DNA of 44,094 nt from an uncultured Candidatus Binatia bacterium. Lineage in GTDB: Bacteria > Desulfobacterota > Binatia > UBA9968 > JAJDTQ01. Shown here piece after piece: positions 9,407-18,898 of the stretch. The position numbers were made by a program, and so were the translations under genes. Under the pieces are notes generated by a model. The model was not told where the DNA came from. It did no database searches and worked only from the letters and a program-made list of their open reading frames with translations. Each line of letters starts with the position of its first letter. The first letter of the stretch is position 1. The stretch covers positions 1-44,094 of the forward strand of contig CBDCAF010000017.1 in assembly GCA_965213675.1 (NCBI GenBank), written 5' to 3'.

Positions 9407-10360
9407 TCATCGAGCCTTGAGCCGCCGGTACCACCCCACGAAGTCCGAAACCGCCGCCGGAATATCGTATTCGGCGTCGAAGCCCAGCTCGGTCTGGGCG
9501 CGGGTGATGTCCAGGAACACCGAGGAGGTCTGCGACGTCGTGGCGCTGGCGTCGATGCTGAGCTTGGCGCCGGGAACCACCTGCTTGAAGATGTCGATGA
9601 GCTCCTGGTTGTCGTAGGGTTTGCCGACGCCGAGGTTGAAGACGCGGCTCTTGACGCCCTCGGTCTGGAGGGCCAGCACCACGCCCCGGGCGGCGTCCTT
9701 GGAATAGAGCCATTCCATGACGCCGGGCGGGACGGTGTGCTCGACGCCGTCCACGGATTTCTCCACCAGGGTGCGGAACATGGCGCTGGGGCGGCCGCCG
9801 CCGCCGGGGATCCAGGGGCCGCACACGTTGGGGAAGCGCACGGCGCGGAAATCCACGCCGTGGGAGCGCGCGTAGTTGTAGCCCAGGTTCTCGCCCGCCC
9901 ACTTGGTGGCGGAGTAGAACGAGCTGGGCCGGGGCAGCGCCTCTTCCTTGCTCTGGTCGCCGTTGTCCTCGCCGCCGGCGATCCCCCGGGCCACGGCCGC
10001 GGTGCTGATCATCACCACCCGCTCGGCGCCGTGGAGCCGCGCCGCCTCAAGGACGTTGGCGGTGCCCATGATGTTCACCTGGATGGCGCCGTAGGGGTTT
10101 TCCTGGGCGCCGGTGCCGAGGTTGGGATAGGCGGCGGTGTGGACGATGCGGGTGATGCCGTGCTCGTTGATCACCTTGCCGAGGTCGAAGGGGTTCAGCA
10201 GGTCGCCGCGAAACAGCGTGACCGCGTCCACGTCCACCACGTCCGCCAGCGCGTTGAGGTTGGGTGCGATGTCGAACAGGACAGGCTTCTCGCCCTGCTG
10301 TACGAGGATGCGCGCGATCTGGGAGCCCACCAGCCCCGCGCCGGTGATCATGGTCGTCAT
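9407..10360 (-). CDS. NAD-dependent epimerase/dehydratase family protein
   Basis: ITGAGLVG, IVHTAA, VNIMGTANVLEAAR, YSATK catalytic YxxxK. GGAGG RBS before ATG 10360. Confidence 0.9.
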   Translation of the reverse strand: MTTMITGAGLVGSQIARILVQQGEKPVLFDIAPNLNALADVVDVDAVTLFRGDLLNPFDLGKVINEHGITRIVHTAAYPNLGTGAQENPYGAIQVNIMGTANVLEAARLHGAERVVMISTAAVARGIAGGEDNGDQSKEEALPRPSSFYSATKWAGENLGYNYARSHGVDFRAVRFPNVCGPWIPGGGGRPSAMFRTLVEKSVDGVEHTVPPGVMEWLYSKDAARGVVLALQTEGVKSRVFNLGVGKPYDNQELIDIFKQVVPGAKLSIDASATTSQTSSVFLDITRAQTELGFDAEYDIPAAVSDFVGWYRRLKAR

Positions 10361-10699
10361 AGGTTGCCTCCGGTGATGGTTTCGCGGGCGAGTGCTCCCG
10401 GCCCGCGTTGCAGAAGTCCTCATAGCACAATGTACTCGTGAGTGCATGAGCCCTAAACACTCGAGACCGTGCGGTTTTAAAATGGTGGGGTCGGCGGGTG
10501 CCGTAGTGGAAAGCCTAGTGGCTCAGCATGAATTCATGCTTCTTGGTCATTCGGAAATCGCACAAACAAAGCACATCTCTTCCAAGAAGGGCATCGAAAT
10601 ACGGCGAGTTCGTCACAAACTCAACTATAGATTGAGGTGGTCCTGGAAAATCGGACAGGTTACTAAGGTGTATTCCACCGACTTAGGGAGGGATACGCA

Positions 10700-10981
10700 A
10701 TGAGCACACGACGACGGTTCAGCGGAGACTTCAAGGCGAAGGTGGCGCTGGAGGCGCTGCGCGGGGACAAGACGATCCAGGAGATCGCTGTGCGGCACAA
10801 GGTTCATCCGAACCAGGTGAGCACGTGGAAGCAGCGTGCGGTGGAGGGGATGAAGGAGGTTTTCACGAAGGGTGCGGAGCGGACGAGGGGCGACCACGAG
10901 GGGGAGGTTCGGGACCTGCACGCGAAGATCGGGGAGTTGACGGTGGAGCGGGATTTTTTGGCCAAAGGGCTCAAGTGGTGA
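10700..10981 (+). CDS. IS3 transposase OrfA (HTH)
   Basis: RRRFSGDFKAKVALEAL...IAVRHKVHPNQVSTWK...LHAKIGELTVERDFL. Confidence 0.93.
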   Translation: MSTRRRFSGDFKAKVALEALRGDKTIQEIAVRHKVHPNQVSTWKQRAVEGMKEVFTKGAERTRGDHEGEVRDLHAKIGELTVERDFLAKGLKW

Positions 10982-11901
10982 GCCGGGAGAAGCGCCGGGG
11001 GATGATCGAGCCCGGCCATCCCAAGCTCAGCTTGAGCCGTCAATGCCATCTGCTTCGAGTGAGTCGATCCTCCGTGTACCACAGGCCCAAGGGCGAGAGC
11101 GCGGAGAATCTGGCGCTGATGCGCCGGATCGATGAGTTGTTTCTGGAGTACCCCTTCTACGGCAGCCGCCAGATGGTCCGCCATCTGTGGCGGGAGCGAG
11201 TCCGAGTGGGTCGTCACCGGGTGCGGCGTCTGATGCGCCTGATGGGTCTACAGGCCATCTACCAGGCGCCGCGGACCACCCGACCGCACCCCGAGCACCG
11301 GGTCTACCCCTATCGGCTCAAGGGGGTCGCCATCGAACGGCCCAATCACGCGTGGACCTCCGACATCACCTATATCCCTGTCCAGAAGGGCTTCCTGTAC
11401 CTGGTGGCGGTGATGGACTGGGCCACCCGCCGGGTGCTCTCCTGGAGGCTGTCGAACACCCTCGATGCCCGCTTCTGTGTCGAGGCCCTCTCAGAGGCTC
11501 TGGAACGCTACGGTCCTCCCGAGATCTTCAACACCGACCAGGGCAGCCAGTTCACCAGCCTGGAGTTCACCTCCGTGCTCAAGGACGCCGGCGTCGCCAT
11601 CTCCATGGACGGCAGGGGCCGGTGCATGGACAACATCTTCATCGAGCGCCTGTGGCGCTCCCTCAAGTACGAGGCCGTCTACCTGCACGAGCTCTCGGAC
11701 GGCTTCGCCGCCCAAAGGACCATCGCCAACTGGCTCCACTTCTACAACACCCAAAGGCCTCATTCCGCCCTCGCCGGCTCCACCCCGGCCGAGGCCTACG
11801 AACGAGGACTCAAGAGGCAGGCCGGACCTCACACCCCGCCCGCCCCTCTGTCAGTTCCATCGGAACACGAAGACGTGATAAACGGGACCTTGGCGGCATG
11901 A
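10978..11901 (+). CDS. IS3 transposase OrfB (DDE integrase core), -1 frame relative to OrfA
   Basis: YGSRQM, WTSDITYI, NTDQGSQFTS, DNIFIERLWRSLKYE, YNTQRPHSAL. GTGA overlap with the OrfA stop; T-run GATTTTTTG nearby is a possible frameshift site. Confidence 0.93.
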   Translation: MSREKRRGMIEPGHPKLSLSRQCHLLRVSRSSVYHRPKGESAENLALMRRIDELFLEYPFYGSRQMVRHLWRERVRVGRHRVRRLMRLMGLQAIYQAPRTTRPHPEHRVYPYRLKGVAIERPNHAWTSDITYIPVQKGFLYLVAVMDWATRRVLSWRLSNTLDARFCVEALSEALERYGPPEIFNTDQGSQFTSLEFTSVLKDAGVAISMDGRGRCMDNIFIERLWRSLKYEAVYLHELSDGFAAQRTIANWLHFYNTQRPHSALAGSTPAEAYERGLKRQAGPHTPPAPLSVPSEHEDVINGTLAA

Positions 11902-12288
11902 TCGAACGTCTGGAATACACCTTAACTCCGCCGCCTTCCTGTCCTACAAACCAGGACCACCTCAGATACGGTGGTTGTAAAGCATCCTTGAAGGGGTACC
12001 ACGCCACCGTCCCCCTCTCGAAGGTCGACGAATAACAGGATGTCAGCGAGGTAGACGTTGGCATCTTCGGTGCCGTGCACCGAACTGATGGACGTCTTTC
12101 CCATGACTCGGAGGCCAGCTTTCTGGGCAACCTCTACCGTGATGCAAGTCCTCGTTGCGCCAGTGTCCACCAGTGCACTCACTCCAAGTGCATCCTTGTG
12201 CAAAGGGGGTTGCTGTGGCGTTGAGGAAGGGCTGGGTTTGGCTATGCCAAATGTGATGATGGGTCCGATTAGAGGATTGAACCTCTTC

Positions 12289-12558
12289 CTAATGGACGGC
12301 ATGCGAGAACCACCCGAGTTCAATCGCCGTATCCGTCACCTCTTGGACGGAATACAGTTCATCATCAAAGTTGCTCTGAGCATACGCGGCTGCCTCTTGT
12401 GCCGTTCCGAAGAAGTCCATGATCTGCTCGTCGCGCAGGAGGGCGAACTGACCTAGGTGAGTCTCTAGAAGTGTTGGGAGTTGCTTGCGGAATGCTGCGT
12501 AGTTCTTGTCTACCGCATTCTGAACGATCTCCCGGGTCGGCTTCACTGCTCTTGCCAT
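12289..12558 (-). CDS. Small hypothetical protein (DUF5678-like) paired with the aspartyl protease
   Basis: AGGAGG RBS; NYAAFRKQLPTLLETHLGQFALLRDEQIMDFFGT; overlaps the protease start. Confidence 0.7.
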   Translation of the reverse strand: MARAVKPTREIVQNAVDKNYAAFRKQLPTLLETHLGQFALLRDEQIMDFFGTAQEAAAYAQSNFDDELYSVQEVTDTAIELGWFSHAVH

Positions 12559-12820
12559 GGTTACCTCCTGGAAGCGCGACACCAGCATGGTTGCAACGGT
12601 ACCGGGTTAAGCCAACCATTCCCAGGTTTTCTCAAAAGTTCAAGGGGCCACTGGTAGCTCTCTGGAATATTGGCAGAAATTTCCCATGCCGAGGCCTCGC
12701 TCGGTCGTGCTCCTCGGGGGGCGTGGGATAGTGCCCTACGGTGGACAAAACGACCCAAAAAGGCATAAGAAGGACCTGAACCAACAAGAAAAAGAGGAGG
12801 ATCGAAACTTGAGCGTAAGC

Positions 12821-13867
12821 ATGCCGACAACTACGACCGGCCTGGACCCGGCCACCGAGATCATCGTATCCGCGGACTCCCACATCATGGAGCCCACGGA
12901 CCTGTGGGTCAAGAACCTCCCCGCGAGCTTCAAGGGCCGCTATCCCGAGTTTCCGCCCCGGAACGCCATCGGCGAGAAGCCCGGCGGCTACGACCCGCGG
13001 GCGCGGGTGGAGGAGATGGCGGTGGACGGAGTGTCCGCCGAGGTACTCTACCCGACCCTGGGACTGCGCCTGTTCGCCCTGGAGGACGCAGAGCTTCAGG
13101 AAGCCTGCTTCGAACTCGCCAACGACTGGCTCATCGACTACTGCAAGGTGCACCCCCACAAGCTCGTGGGCGTGCCGTCGATCTCGCTCTACAACATCGA
13201 CAACGCCATCAAGGAACTGGAGCGCTGCAAGAAGGCCGGGCTGGTGGGCTGCCTGATCTGGCAGGTGCCGCCGGATCACCTCCCCTTCACCAGCGACCAC
13301 TACAACCCGTTCTGGGAGGCGGCGCAGGATCTGCAGATGCCCGTCAACCTGCACATCCTCACGGGGTTCAACTACAGCCGGTACGAAAGAGAGGGCCTGG
13401 ACGTCTACCGCATGACCGTCAACCAGAAGCTGGCGGACGCCGCCAACACCCTGTTCGAGTTGGTCTTCGGCGGCCCCATGTCCAACTATCCGGACCTCAA
13501 GTTCGTGTACGTGGAGAACGAGATCTCGTGGATCCCGTTCTACCTCCACGAGTGGGACAAGTACTTCAAGCGCCACGCCACCAAGGCGCCGCTGCCGCAC
13601 ATGAAGAAGCTTCCCAGCGAGTACTGCAGCGAGCAGTTCTACGCCACCTTCTTCAGCGACCCCACCGGCGGCCGGCTGCTGGACTGGTGGGGCAGCGAGA
13701 CCTGCATGTGGTCCAACGACTACCCGCACGCGGCGTCCACCTGGCCGCACTCGCGCCAGGTCATCACCGACGAGCTCGGACACCTGCCGTCGGACATCTT
13801 CCGCAAGGTGGTGCGCGAGAACGTGCTGAAGCTCTACGACCTCAAGCTGGAGGGCGTCAACGCCTGA
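12821..13867 (+). CDS. Amidohydrolase_2 family protein
   Basis: VSADSHIMEP, DGVSAEVLYPT, PVNLH, MWSNDYPH. The start could be TTG 12809. Confidence 0.9.
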   Translation: MPTTTTGLDPATEIIVSADSHIMEPTDLWVKNLPASFKGRYPEFPPRNAIGEKPGGYDPRARVEEMAVDGVSAEVLYPTLGLRLFALEDAELQEACFELANDWLIDYCKVHPHKLVGVPSISLYNIDNAIKELERCKKAGLVGCLIWQVPPDHLPFTSDHYNPFWEAAQDLQMPVNLHILTGFNYSRYEREGLDVYRMTVNQKLADAANTLFELVFGGPMSNYPDLKFVYVENEISWIPFYLHEWDKYFKRHATKAPLPHMKKLPSEYCSEQFYATFFSDPTGGRLLDWWGSETCMWSNDYPHAASTWPHSRQVITDELGHLPSDIFRKVVRENVLKLYDLKLEGVNA

Positions 13868-13946
13868 GGGAACAGGCGCAGGACCCGCGCGTGCGGGCCA
13901 TCCTCATTGACGGAAAGAACACGAAACGTTCGGAAAGGAGTTCACC

Positions 13947-14435
13947 ATGGAAGCAGTCGCCGAGAAGCAGGAAGTCGAGGAAAGGCCCAAGGCTTACAGG
14001 TATTCGCTGAAGACCCCCTACATGCAGCAGGGCCGGGTCACCCAGCTCGTGGCCAAGACCGACAACATGTGGATCCACACCAAGATCAACTCCGAGGGCG
14101 GCGAGAACGCGGTCCACTGCCACCTGGACGAGGACCATTCCTTCGTGGTGCTGGAAGGCCAGATGTCGGTGTTCGACGAGAAGGGCAACGAGTTGAAGAT
14201 CGACAAGTACCAGGGGATCATGATCCCCAAGGGCGCCTACTATCGTTACCTCAACACCGGCGACGGCAACCTCGTGGTGCTGCGCATCGGTTGCGGCATC
14301 GACGCCACGCCGCCGCGGGGCGACGATGCGCGCCTCGGCCCCGACGGCAAGGAGATCCCCTCCGACTCGGAGGAGAACAAGACCCTGCCGCCCATCGAGA
14401 TGCCCGGCAAGTTCTTCGCGGAATCCGCGGGGTAG
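13947..14435 (+). CDS. Cupin domain protein
   Basis: GGENAVHCHLDEDHSFVVLEG and GIMIPKGAYYRYLN cupin motifs; AAGGAG RBS. Confidence 0.88.
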   Translation: MEAVAEKQEVEERPKAYRYSLKTPYMQQGRVTQLVAKTDNMWIHTKINSEGGENAVHCHLDEDHSFVVLEGQMSVFDEKGNELKIDKYQGIMIPKGAYYRYLNTGDGNLVVLRIGCGIDATPPRGDDARLGPDGKEIPSDSEENKTLPPIEMPGKFFAESAG

Positions 14436-14516
14436 GCAAGGTGGCCGTCCGGATTACATAGCGGATTCGAGGGCGTATCCGAATCTCCGGACGTAACAAC
14501 CTGACGCAGTTTCCCA

Positions 14517-14560
14517 CCGGCGCTTCGGGGACCGGTCCCGCCGGGACCCCGAAGCGCCGG
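14517..14560 (+). terminator. GC-rich hairpin, possible terminator after the amidohydrolase-cupin operon
   Basis: Perfect 14-bp arms CCGGCGCTTCGGGG and CCCCGAAGCGCCGG; only a weak U-tract follows. Confidence 0.45.
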
Positions 14561-14659
14561 AATCTTTCTGCCTGCCAACTTCCGCCGTTGCACTGCCGCT
14601 GTCGCTCGTGAACCCGGTACGCTCCAGCTCACGGGGCGGTACAACGATCTCCCCACTCC

Positions 14660-15643
14660 ATGCTGCACCACACCGGCCAGATCCTCTACAACATCCTGCT
14701 GCCGCTGCTGCTCATGGTGGGCTTCGGCACGCTGCTGCAACGCTACCAGTCGTTGAGCCTGGAAACCCTCGCCCGCATCAGCATGTACCTGCTGGTGCCA
14801 TCGTTCCTGCTGGTGAAGATCTACGACAGCGACATCCCCTGGGGCCAGATCGGGCTCATCGCCTTGGTGTTCCTGATCGTCCTGGGAGTCCTGGGGGTGC
14901 TGCTGTTCACCAGTAGCCGCGCCATCGGCGCGCCCAACAAGACCGTTGCCGCCGTCATCCTCGGCAGCATCGTTTTCAACGCCGGCAACTTCGGCATCCC
15001 GGTGGCCCACCTGCTCTACGTCGAGGGCGGCACGCTGTTCGCGGGCCAGCCCAACACCGAGGCCGGGCTGCACGTGCAGGCACTGGTCGTCATGCTCAGC
15101 AACCTGCTGGTCTGGATCCTGGGCTACGCGGTGCTGGCGGTGGCCAAGGGCGGCCACGCGCGGGAGGCCCTGGGAATCCTCAAGCTTCCCATACCCTACG
15201 CGCTGGTGAGCTCGTTCGTGCTGCGGGAGATCCGTCTGCGATCGTTCAACGGCGTGGACTTCCTGCCGGTGTGGGTGTCCTTTCCGCTGCGCTCGCTGTC
15301 CGGGGCGCTGGTGCCCATGATGCTCGTGGCCCTGGGCGCTCAGCTTGCCAAGGGCGCCCGCTGGCCCCGATGGCGGCAGGTGGCGCCCATCGCGTTCGTC
15401 AAGCTCCTGGCCTTGCCCGTGCTCGTCGGCACCGCGGCATACGCCTTCGGCCTCTGGCCCTGGCCCGGCGCCCACCTCATCATCGGCGCCGCCGCCCCCA
15501 CCGCCGTCAACACCCTCATCCTCACCATCGAGCTCGACGGCGACGCCGAACTCACCGGCGACGTGGTGTTCTGGACCACGATCTTCTCCGGCCTCACCGT
15601 GGCCGGAGTCATCGCCGTGGTGACGGCGCTGGGGGCGGCTTGA
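14660..15643 (+). CDS. AEC (auxin efflux carrier / malate permease) family transporter
   Basis: Multiple TM segments; FNAGNFGIP, PMMLVALGAQL, AAAPTAVN. Confidence 0.9.
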   Translation: MLHHTGQILYNILLPLLLMVGFGTLLQRYQSLSLETLARISMYLLVPSFLLVKIYDSDIPWGQIGLIALVFLIVLGVLGVLLFTSSRAIGAPNKTVAAVILGSIVFNAGNFGIPVAHLLYVEGGTLFAGQPNTEAGLHVQALVVMLSNLLVWILGYAVLAVAKGGHAREALGILKLPIPYALVSSFVLREIRLRSFNGVDFLPVWVSFPLRSLSGALVPMMLVALGAQLAKGARWPRWRQVAPIAFVKLLALPVLVGTAAYAFGLWPWPGAHLIIGAAAPTAVNTLILTIELDGDAELTGDVVFWTTIFSGLTVAGVIAVVTALGAA

Positions 15644-15784
15644 TGCTGTTTGGACCGTGACGTCCACTGTCTCCGCGAGCAGCCTTGACGCAAGGGTTCT
15701 TGAAGAAAGAGAAACCCAAGGAAACCGGTGTATTGCGGGTTGCCCCTTGACTCGCCCGGAGAGTTGTGGCGTCAACGGAACATC

Positions 15785-16492
15785 ATGAACCTTTACGGGG
15801 GAAAAGACCCACGTGAGTTGCCGGCCTATGGAATAGGCGAGGCGGCCCACTACCTACGCATACCACCGAGCACGCTGCGGACGTGGGTTCGTGGGCGAAC
15901 CTATCCGACCGCCCAAGGCGAGCAATGGTCCGAACCGGTGATCAAGCTGGCGGACGAATCGCGTGGCCTTTTATCTTTCGTGAACCTGACAGAGGCGCAC
16001 GTCCTCGAAGCCATTCGACAATGCAAAGTACCGTTCAGAAGCATTAGGCGTGGCCTGGACTATCTCTATCAGCAAACTCCGTCGCCACATCCGTTGGCTG
16101 AAAAGGACTTTGAAACGGATGGTATGGACCTGTTTGTTGACCAACTCGGGGAGGTGGTCAACATAACTCAAGGTGGGCAAATCGGTATACGCGAGTTTCT
16201 TAGAACATACTTGAAGAGAATCGAGCGTGACATGACCGGTATTGCGACGAAGCTCCATCTGTTCAATCGGAGAGACCTGCCGCCCGCCGAAGTCCGCCAA
16301 CCCCGGGTTGTCGTTGATCCGCGTATTTCGTTTGGTCGTCCCGTGTTGGTGGGTAGCCACATAGCAACGAGAGTCGTCTACCAACGCTTCGCAGCCGGGG
16401 ACTCCGTCGAAGAACTCGCTGCCGATTATGCCCGCCCCCCGTCAGACATCGAAGAAGCTATCCGATGCGAGCAATTCGAGCCGGCCGCCTGA
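15785..16492 (+). CDS. DUF433-domain antitoxin (VapB45-like, MerR-type HTH plus DUF433)
   Basis: YGIGEAAHYLRIPPSTLRTW, LSFVNLTEAHVL, HPLA...FETDG, VVVDPRISFGRPV...AGDSVEELAADY. Confidence 0.88.
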   Translation: MNLYGGKDPRELPAYGIGEAAHYLRIPPSTLRTWVRGRTYPTAQGEQWSEPVIKLADESRGLLSFVNLTEAHVLEAIRQCKVPFRSIRRGLDYLYQQTPSPHPLAEKDFETDGMDLFVDQLGEVVNITQGGQIGIREFLRTYLKRIERDMTGIATKLHLFNRRDLPPAEVRQPRVVVDPRISFGRPVLVGSHIATRVVYQRFAAGDSVEELAADYARPPSDIEEAIRCEQFEPAA

Positions 16493-16652
16493 AAATCTCA
16501 CCTTCTTCCTCGATCAATGCCTGGGGGGAAAGATTTTTGCCGCCGCACTGCGCGAACGTGGATTCCAGGTCGAACTGTGCTCTGACGCCGTATCTCTTGT
16601 GACTGCCGCGGACCGCCCGGCACTCTTCGACATGTCCCATCCAGATGCTTGA
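16428..16652 (+). pseudogene. Truncated VapC45-like PIN toxin
   Basis: Overlaps the antitoxin end. TFFLDQCLGGKIFAAALRERGFQVE matches the PIN-like N-terminus, then similarity is lost near 16575 and the ORF stops at 74 aa. Confidence 0.7.
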
Positions 16653-16695
16653 AGATACATAAGCGCACTATTCTGGCTATGTCCGGAGGAATCGT

Positions 16696-17481
16696 ATGAA
16701 ACTTTCAGATCAGATCGCAGTCATCGTCGGCGGTGCCCGGGGCATCGGCGAGGCCATCGCCCACACCTTCGCGGGTGAGGGCGCAAAGATCGTTCTGGTG
16801 GATCTCGAGAAGATGGAGCCGGAGCTCGACGGGGTCGTCCAAGCCATCGGACAGAAGGGCGGCGAGGCCGTAGCCATGACGGCCGATGCCACGGACGCGG
16901 CGCAGATGGACGGGATGGTGGCCGACGTGGTGAGCCGCTTGGGCCGGCTGGACATCCTTGTCAATAGCGTCGGCTTCCGCGGGCCCATGGTCGAGGTGCA
17001 CGAGATCACCGAGGACGAGTGGGATCAGGTCCTCAACGTCAACCTCAAGGCGATCTTCCTCTGCTGCAAGGCGGCGCTGCCGGTGATGATCGAGCAGAAG
17101 CGCGGCAGCATCGTCAGCATCTCCGGCACTGCCGGACGCGAGGGCATGGCCCTGCGCGGCTCCCTGTGCGCTGCCAAGTGGGGCCTTCTGGGCCTCACCC
17201 AGACCATCGCCAAGGAGGCCGGGCCCTCGGGCGTGCGCGCCAACGTCATCTGCCCCGGCGGCATGGACGAAGCCGACCTGCGGGAGATGTACCAGGAGCG
17301 TGCCAAGGGCCTCGGCGTCTCCTTCGAGGAGTTGTGGGAAAACGTCCTGAAGCAGACGCCGCTGCGGAAACACGCACTGCACGAGGAAGTAGCCAACGCC
17401 GCCCTCTTCCTGGCCTCCAGTGATTCGTCGCACACCACGGGGGAGGCGCTGAATGTATCTGGCGGGAGGTTGATGTCCTGA
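16696..17481 (+). CDS. SDR family oxidoreductase (FabG-like)
   Basis: GGARGIG, LDILVNSVG, GVRANVICPG, TGEALNVSGG. The catalytic YxxxK appears as LCAAK. Confidence 0.92.
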   Translation: MKLSDQIAVIVGGARGIGEAIAHTFAGEGAKIVLVDLEKMEPELDGVVQAIGQKGGEAVAMTADATDAAQMDGMVADVVSRLGRLDILVNSVGFRGPMVEVHEITEDEWDQVLNVNLKAIFLCCKAALPVMIEQKRGSIVSISGTAGREGMALRGSLCAAKWGLLGLTQTIAKEAGPSGVRANVICPGGMDEADLREMYQERAKGLGVSFEELWENVLKQTPLRKHALHEEVANAALFLASSDSSHTTGEALNVSGGRLMS

Positions 17482-17752
17482 GTGGGGAGTGCAGGTAAAG
17501 CGGTAGTCGAGAACAATCCGTTGAACCACCGAAAGAAATCTGCGAGACTCGACCCAACAGACACTGGCATCAGTTTTGCGGTTGCATCCATATGTGTGGA
17601 GTCATTCTAAACGAACTGGAACGGTAGAGCCGCCGAGTCTATCAGGGTTGGGAAGGGCCACGGGGGCACCTCATAGACCGAGTAACTTATTGAAAACACA
17701 TCGAAAACTGTATTTCGTAGGCGACGAGTGGGTATCGTATCCAGAAGAGGGC

Positions 17753-18898
17753 GTGTACCTAGACTACGCTGCGACGACCCCTGTTGCACCGGAAGTCGCG
17801 AACACGATGGCCAAGTTTCTGACAGCCGACGGCGTCTTCGGAAACCCGCATTCCGTCACCCACCGCTTTGGGCATGCAGCTTCAGAGGCTATTGAGGAGG
17901 CCCGCGGGCATGTCTCGCGGTTGATCGGCGCAGACGCCGATGAAATCTTCTGGACCTCCGGTGCGACAGAGGCGATCAATTTAGCCATCAAGGGAGTAAT
18001 GCTATCGCCTAGCGTACGCGGTCGGCATCTCCTCGTCTCCTCACTAGAGCATAAGGCAGTACTCGATACCGCAGACTGGCTCTCTGGCCAGGGCGTGGAG
18101 GTGACCTACCTCACACCTGACGCCGATGGCATGATCACGCCGGATGTCGTCCGCGCGGATCTTCGACCGGACACCGCGTTAGTCTCCCTTATGCACGTAA
18201 ACAATGAGGTTGGGACTGTTACTGATATCCCGAGCATAGCGCGCGTGGTACGGAAAAACGGCACACTGTTTCATGTCGACGCCGTACAGAGCGCCGCACG
18301 ACTTCCGATCGATGTCTCGCTCATGGGAGTAGACCTCCTGTCATTGAGCGGCCACAAGATATATGGCCCGAAAGGTGTGGGTGCTCTATTTGTGCGCCGC
18401 TCCGTTCGGCCGTTGCTCATCCCCCAGATCCATGGAGGCGGACAAGAAGCTGGGCTGCGGGCTGGGACGTTGGCGACCCACCAGGTTGTTGGTCTAGGAG
18501 CGGCGGCGCGGCTCACAAACGACTGTCAGAGTAGTGACGCGGAACGAGTGGCAGCCATCGACCGACGCCTCCTTGGCTGGTTGGACGAGATTGGCGGGGC
18601 GGTCGTCAACGGCAACCGTACCGCGCGAGTCCCAGGCATTTTGAACATTGCCTTTCCCGGCGTGGAGGCCGAGTCGCTGATGCTGGCTCTTGGCGATGTT
18701 GCGATCTCGGCAGGTTCCGCATGCACGGCGGCGTCGATTGAGCCATCACACGTGCTGGAGGGACTCGGTGTCACCGAAACGCTGGCACTCTCCTCCGTGC
18801 GATTCAGCGTTGGTCGCTATACTACAGAGGTAGAGGTCGACTTCGTTGGACAACGCGTTAATGACGCTGTGTCAACCCTTCGGAGCATCACGACATGA
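17753..18898 (+). CDS. dndA: Cysteine desulfurase (IscS/DndA type)
   Basis: YLDYAATTP, FGNPHS, WTSGATEAIN, EHKAV, HVDAVQ, SLSGHKIYGPKG (PLP Lys), SAGSAC (catalytic Cys). The dndA name rests on its ATGA coupling to dndC. Start uncertain (GTG 17753). Confidence 0.88.
   Translation: MYLDYAATTPVAPEVANTMAKFLTADGVFGNPHSVTHRFGHAASEAIEEARGHVSRLIGADADEIFWTSGATEAINLAIKGVMLSPSVRGRHLLVSSLEHKAVLDTADWLSGQGVEVTYLTPDADGMITPDVVRADLRPDTALVSLMHVNNEVGTVTDIPSIARVVRKNGTLFHVDAVQSAARLPIDVSLMGVDLLSLSGHKIYGPKGVGALFVRRSVRPLLIPQIHGGGQEAGLRAGTLATHQVVGLGAAARLTNDCQSSDAERVAAIDRRLLGWLDEIGGAVVNGNRTARVPGILNIAFPGVEAESLMLALGDVAISAGSACTAASIEPSHVLEGLGVTETLALSSVRFSVGRYTTEVEVDFVGQRVNDAVSTLRSITT

Larger units (their letters stand above)
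10633..11964 (+). mobile_element. IS3-family insertion sequence, apparently intact (1332 bp)
   Basis: TG...CA ends. IRs are TGAGGTGGTCCTGG..GGACAGG and CCTGTCC..CCAGGACCACCTCA, with a shared subterminal TAAGGTGTATTCCA. 3-bp target duplication GAT at 10630-10632 and 11965-11967. Contains orfA and orfB. Confidence 0.95.
10515..12302 (-). pseudogene. Retropepsin-like aspartyl protease interrupted by IS3 element (5' part 11965-12302, 3' part 10515-10632)
   Basis: The 5' part carries ALVDTGATRTCI. Removing the IS and one GAT copy restores the frame ...GCFTTTVSIVEFVTNSPYFDALLGRDVLCLCDFRMTKKHEFMLSH*, which has the LLGRD motif. Confidence 0.85.

Noticed and set aside
9345-9902. Apparent long N-terminal extension of YghU
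   Set aside because: It overlaps the epimerase in another frame; the real start has its own RBS at 9344.
17482-17752. att site or tRNA integration target at the island's left edge
   Set aside because: No tRNA-like sequence and no direct repeat shared with the 26600-26650 edge was found by eye.
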